From sequence record NC_052654.1: DNA of 64,000 nt; one strand, written 5' to 3'. The position numbers were made by a program, and so were the translations under genes. The DNA is from Escherichia phage vB_EcoM-Ro121c4YLVW. Positions 63,354 through 64,000 of this stretch are shown piece by piece; within the stretch, counting starts at the first letter, position 1; each line of letters begins with the position of its first letter. Below the pieces are notes generated by a model that was not told the origin of the DNA, searched no databases, and worked only from the letters and a program-made list of their open reading frames with translations.

Positions 63354-63638
63354 TTATTTTTTAATGTTTTGCCCTACAAAATTAATCATTTCCTTAAGCT
63401 GTCTCTCTGTCATGATCGTACCTGGTAACTCTTCTTTAATTTCTTCCGGTAAATAAATATTACCGCGCCAGGTTAACAAACAACCGTTTTGATCTTCGCA
63501 GATAGAATAGGAAAACATCCACTCGCAATCATTTTCAAGCTCCCAAAAACACAAAAAGTCTTCTTTCCCTAAGTTTTCAACGGTTAAACATAATCCGCGA
63601 CGTGCTGCATAATTAGTTAGGCTTTTTGTGATTTTCAT
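63354..63638 (-). CDS. hypothetical protein
   Basis: ORF 63354..63689 with start moved to internal Met (MKITKSL). Confidence 0.4.
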   Translation of the reverse strand: MKITKSLTNYAARRGLCLTVENLGKEDFLCFWELENDCEWMFSYSICEDQNGCLLTWRGNIYLPEEIKEELPGTIMTERQLKEMINFVGQNIKK

Positions 63639-63717
63639 GATTTTTCTCTCTTCTTGTGAGCGGCACCATTGCCGCCCTACAAGATACATATTACCAGACT
63701 AAGCCGACTTGTCAAAC

Positions 63718-63828
63718 TATTTTTTCTTTTTCTTTGCTTCCAACCGTCTAAGGTTACGGCTTGACTTATTGCGCAAGGCGCTTAGATCGTCGTACCCTTT
63801 CCATGCTTGCATATCTTTCGGATTCATG
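63718..63828 (-). CDS. small basic hypothetical protein (about 36 aa)
   Basis: ATG after AAGGGGATAAC. Confidence 0.2.
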
Positions 63829-63840
63829 TTATCCCCTTAC

Positions 63841-63957
63841 TTGTTAGCCGGATTATATGCCAGGACCGCGCCGCTTGCTTTCACGCTTTCCGCTTCATAG
63901 TTGCGCAGATCGTTTTCTGTAAGGTTGAGCGCGATCACTTCCTCGATCTCAACGTCA
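63841..63957 (-). CDS. small hypothetical protein, may extend beyond the window
   Basis: Minus-strand ORF at window edge. Confidence 0.2.
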
Positions 63958-64000
63958 GCGGCAAGGGCGATCTCTTTGATAATGTCTGCTGTTTTCATAG

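Noticed and set aside
62811-63900. Plus-strand ORFs 62811..63068 and 63709..63900
   Set aside because: Antisense to the minus-strand gene series and overlapping hairpin repeats; minus-strand small ORFs with SDs explain the region better.

Overview
This window is a segment of a large virulent, T4-like bacteriophage genome, identified by a T4 e-type lysozyme, an rnh-type RNase H, NrdAB, PhoH and a tRNA cluster. Layout: (i) 1-4750, minus-strand genes (spanin-like pair, AT-hook protein) and a cluster of about 14 minus-strand tRNA genes with their own promoter and terminator; (ii) 4750-5230, an AT-rich divergent control region with GTAC-rich inverted repeats; (iii) 5228-41270, a densely packed plus-strand block carrying an RNA-repair-like cassette (metallophosphoesterase, two ligase-family nucleotidyltransferases, polynucleotide kinase), DNA replication and repair genes (RdgC-like, RNase H, DEDD exonuclease, HNH nuclease), nucleotide metabolism (MazG-like, 5'-nucleotidase, ThyX, NrdA, NrdB, glutaredoxin), a complete dTDP-L-rhamnose pathway (rmlB-rmlA-rmlC-rmlD), lysozyme, PhoH, an HslV-like peptidase, a Dam-like methyltransferase, a PP-lambda-type phosphatase, a C5-methyltransferase-like protein and a Sir2-like protein; (iv) 41340-57755, about 50 small minus-strand genes of unknown function, including a six-member paralogous family, a two-member family and a serine recombinase; (v) 57760-59310, a 1.5 kb repeat-rich non-coding region; (vi) 59311-63960, small minus-strand genes with individual sigma70-like promoters and a repeated GC-rich 5'-leader hairpin. 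Coordinates taken from the ORF track are exact; tRNAs, promoters, terminators and re-assigned starts were read by eye and may be off by a few bases. All functional calls rest on motif recognition from memory, and no database search or folding program was run.
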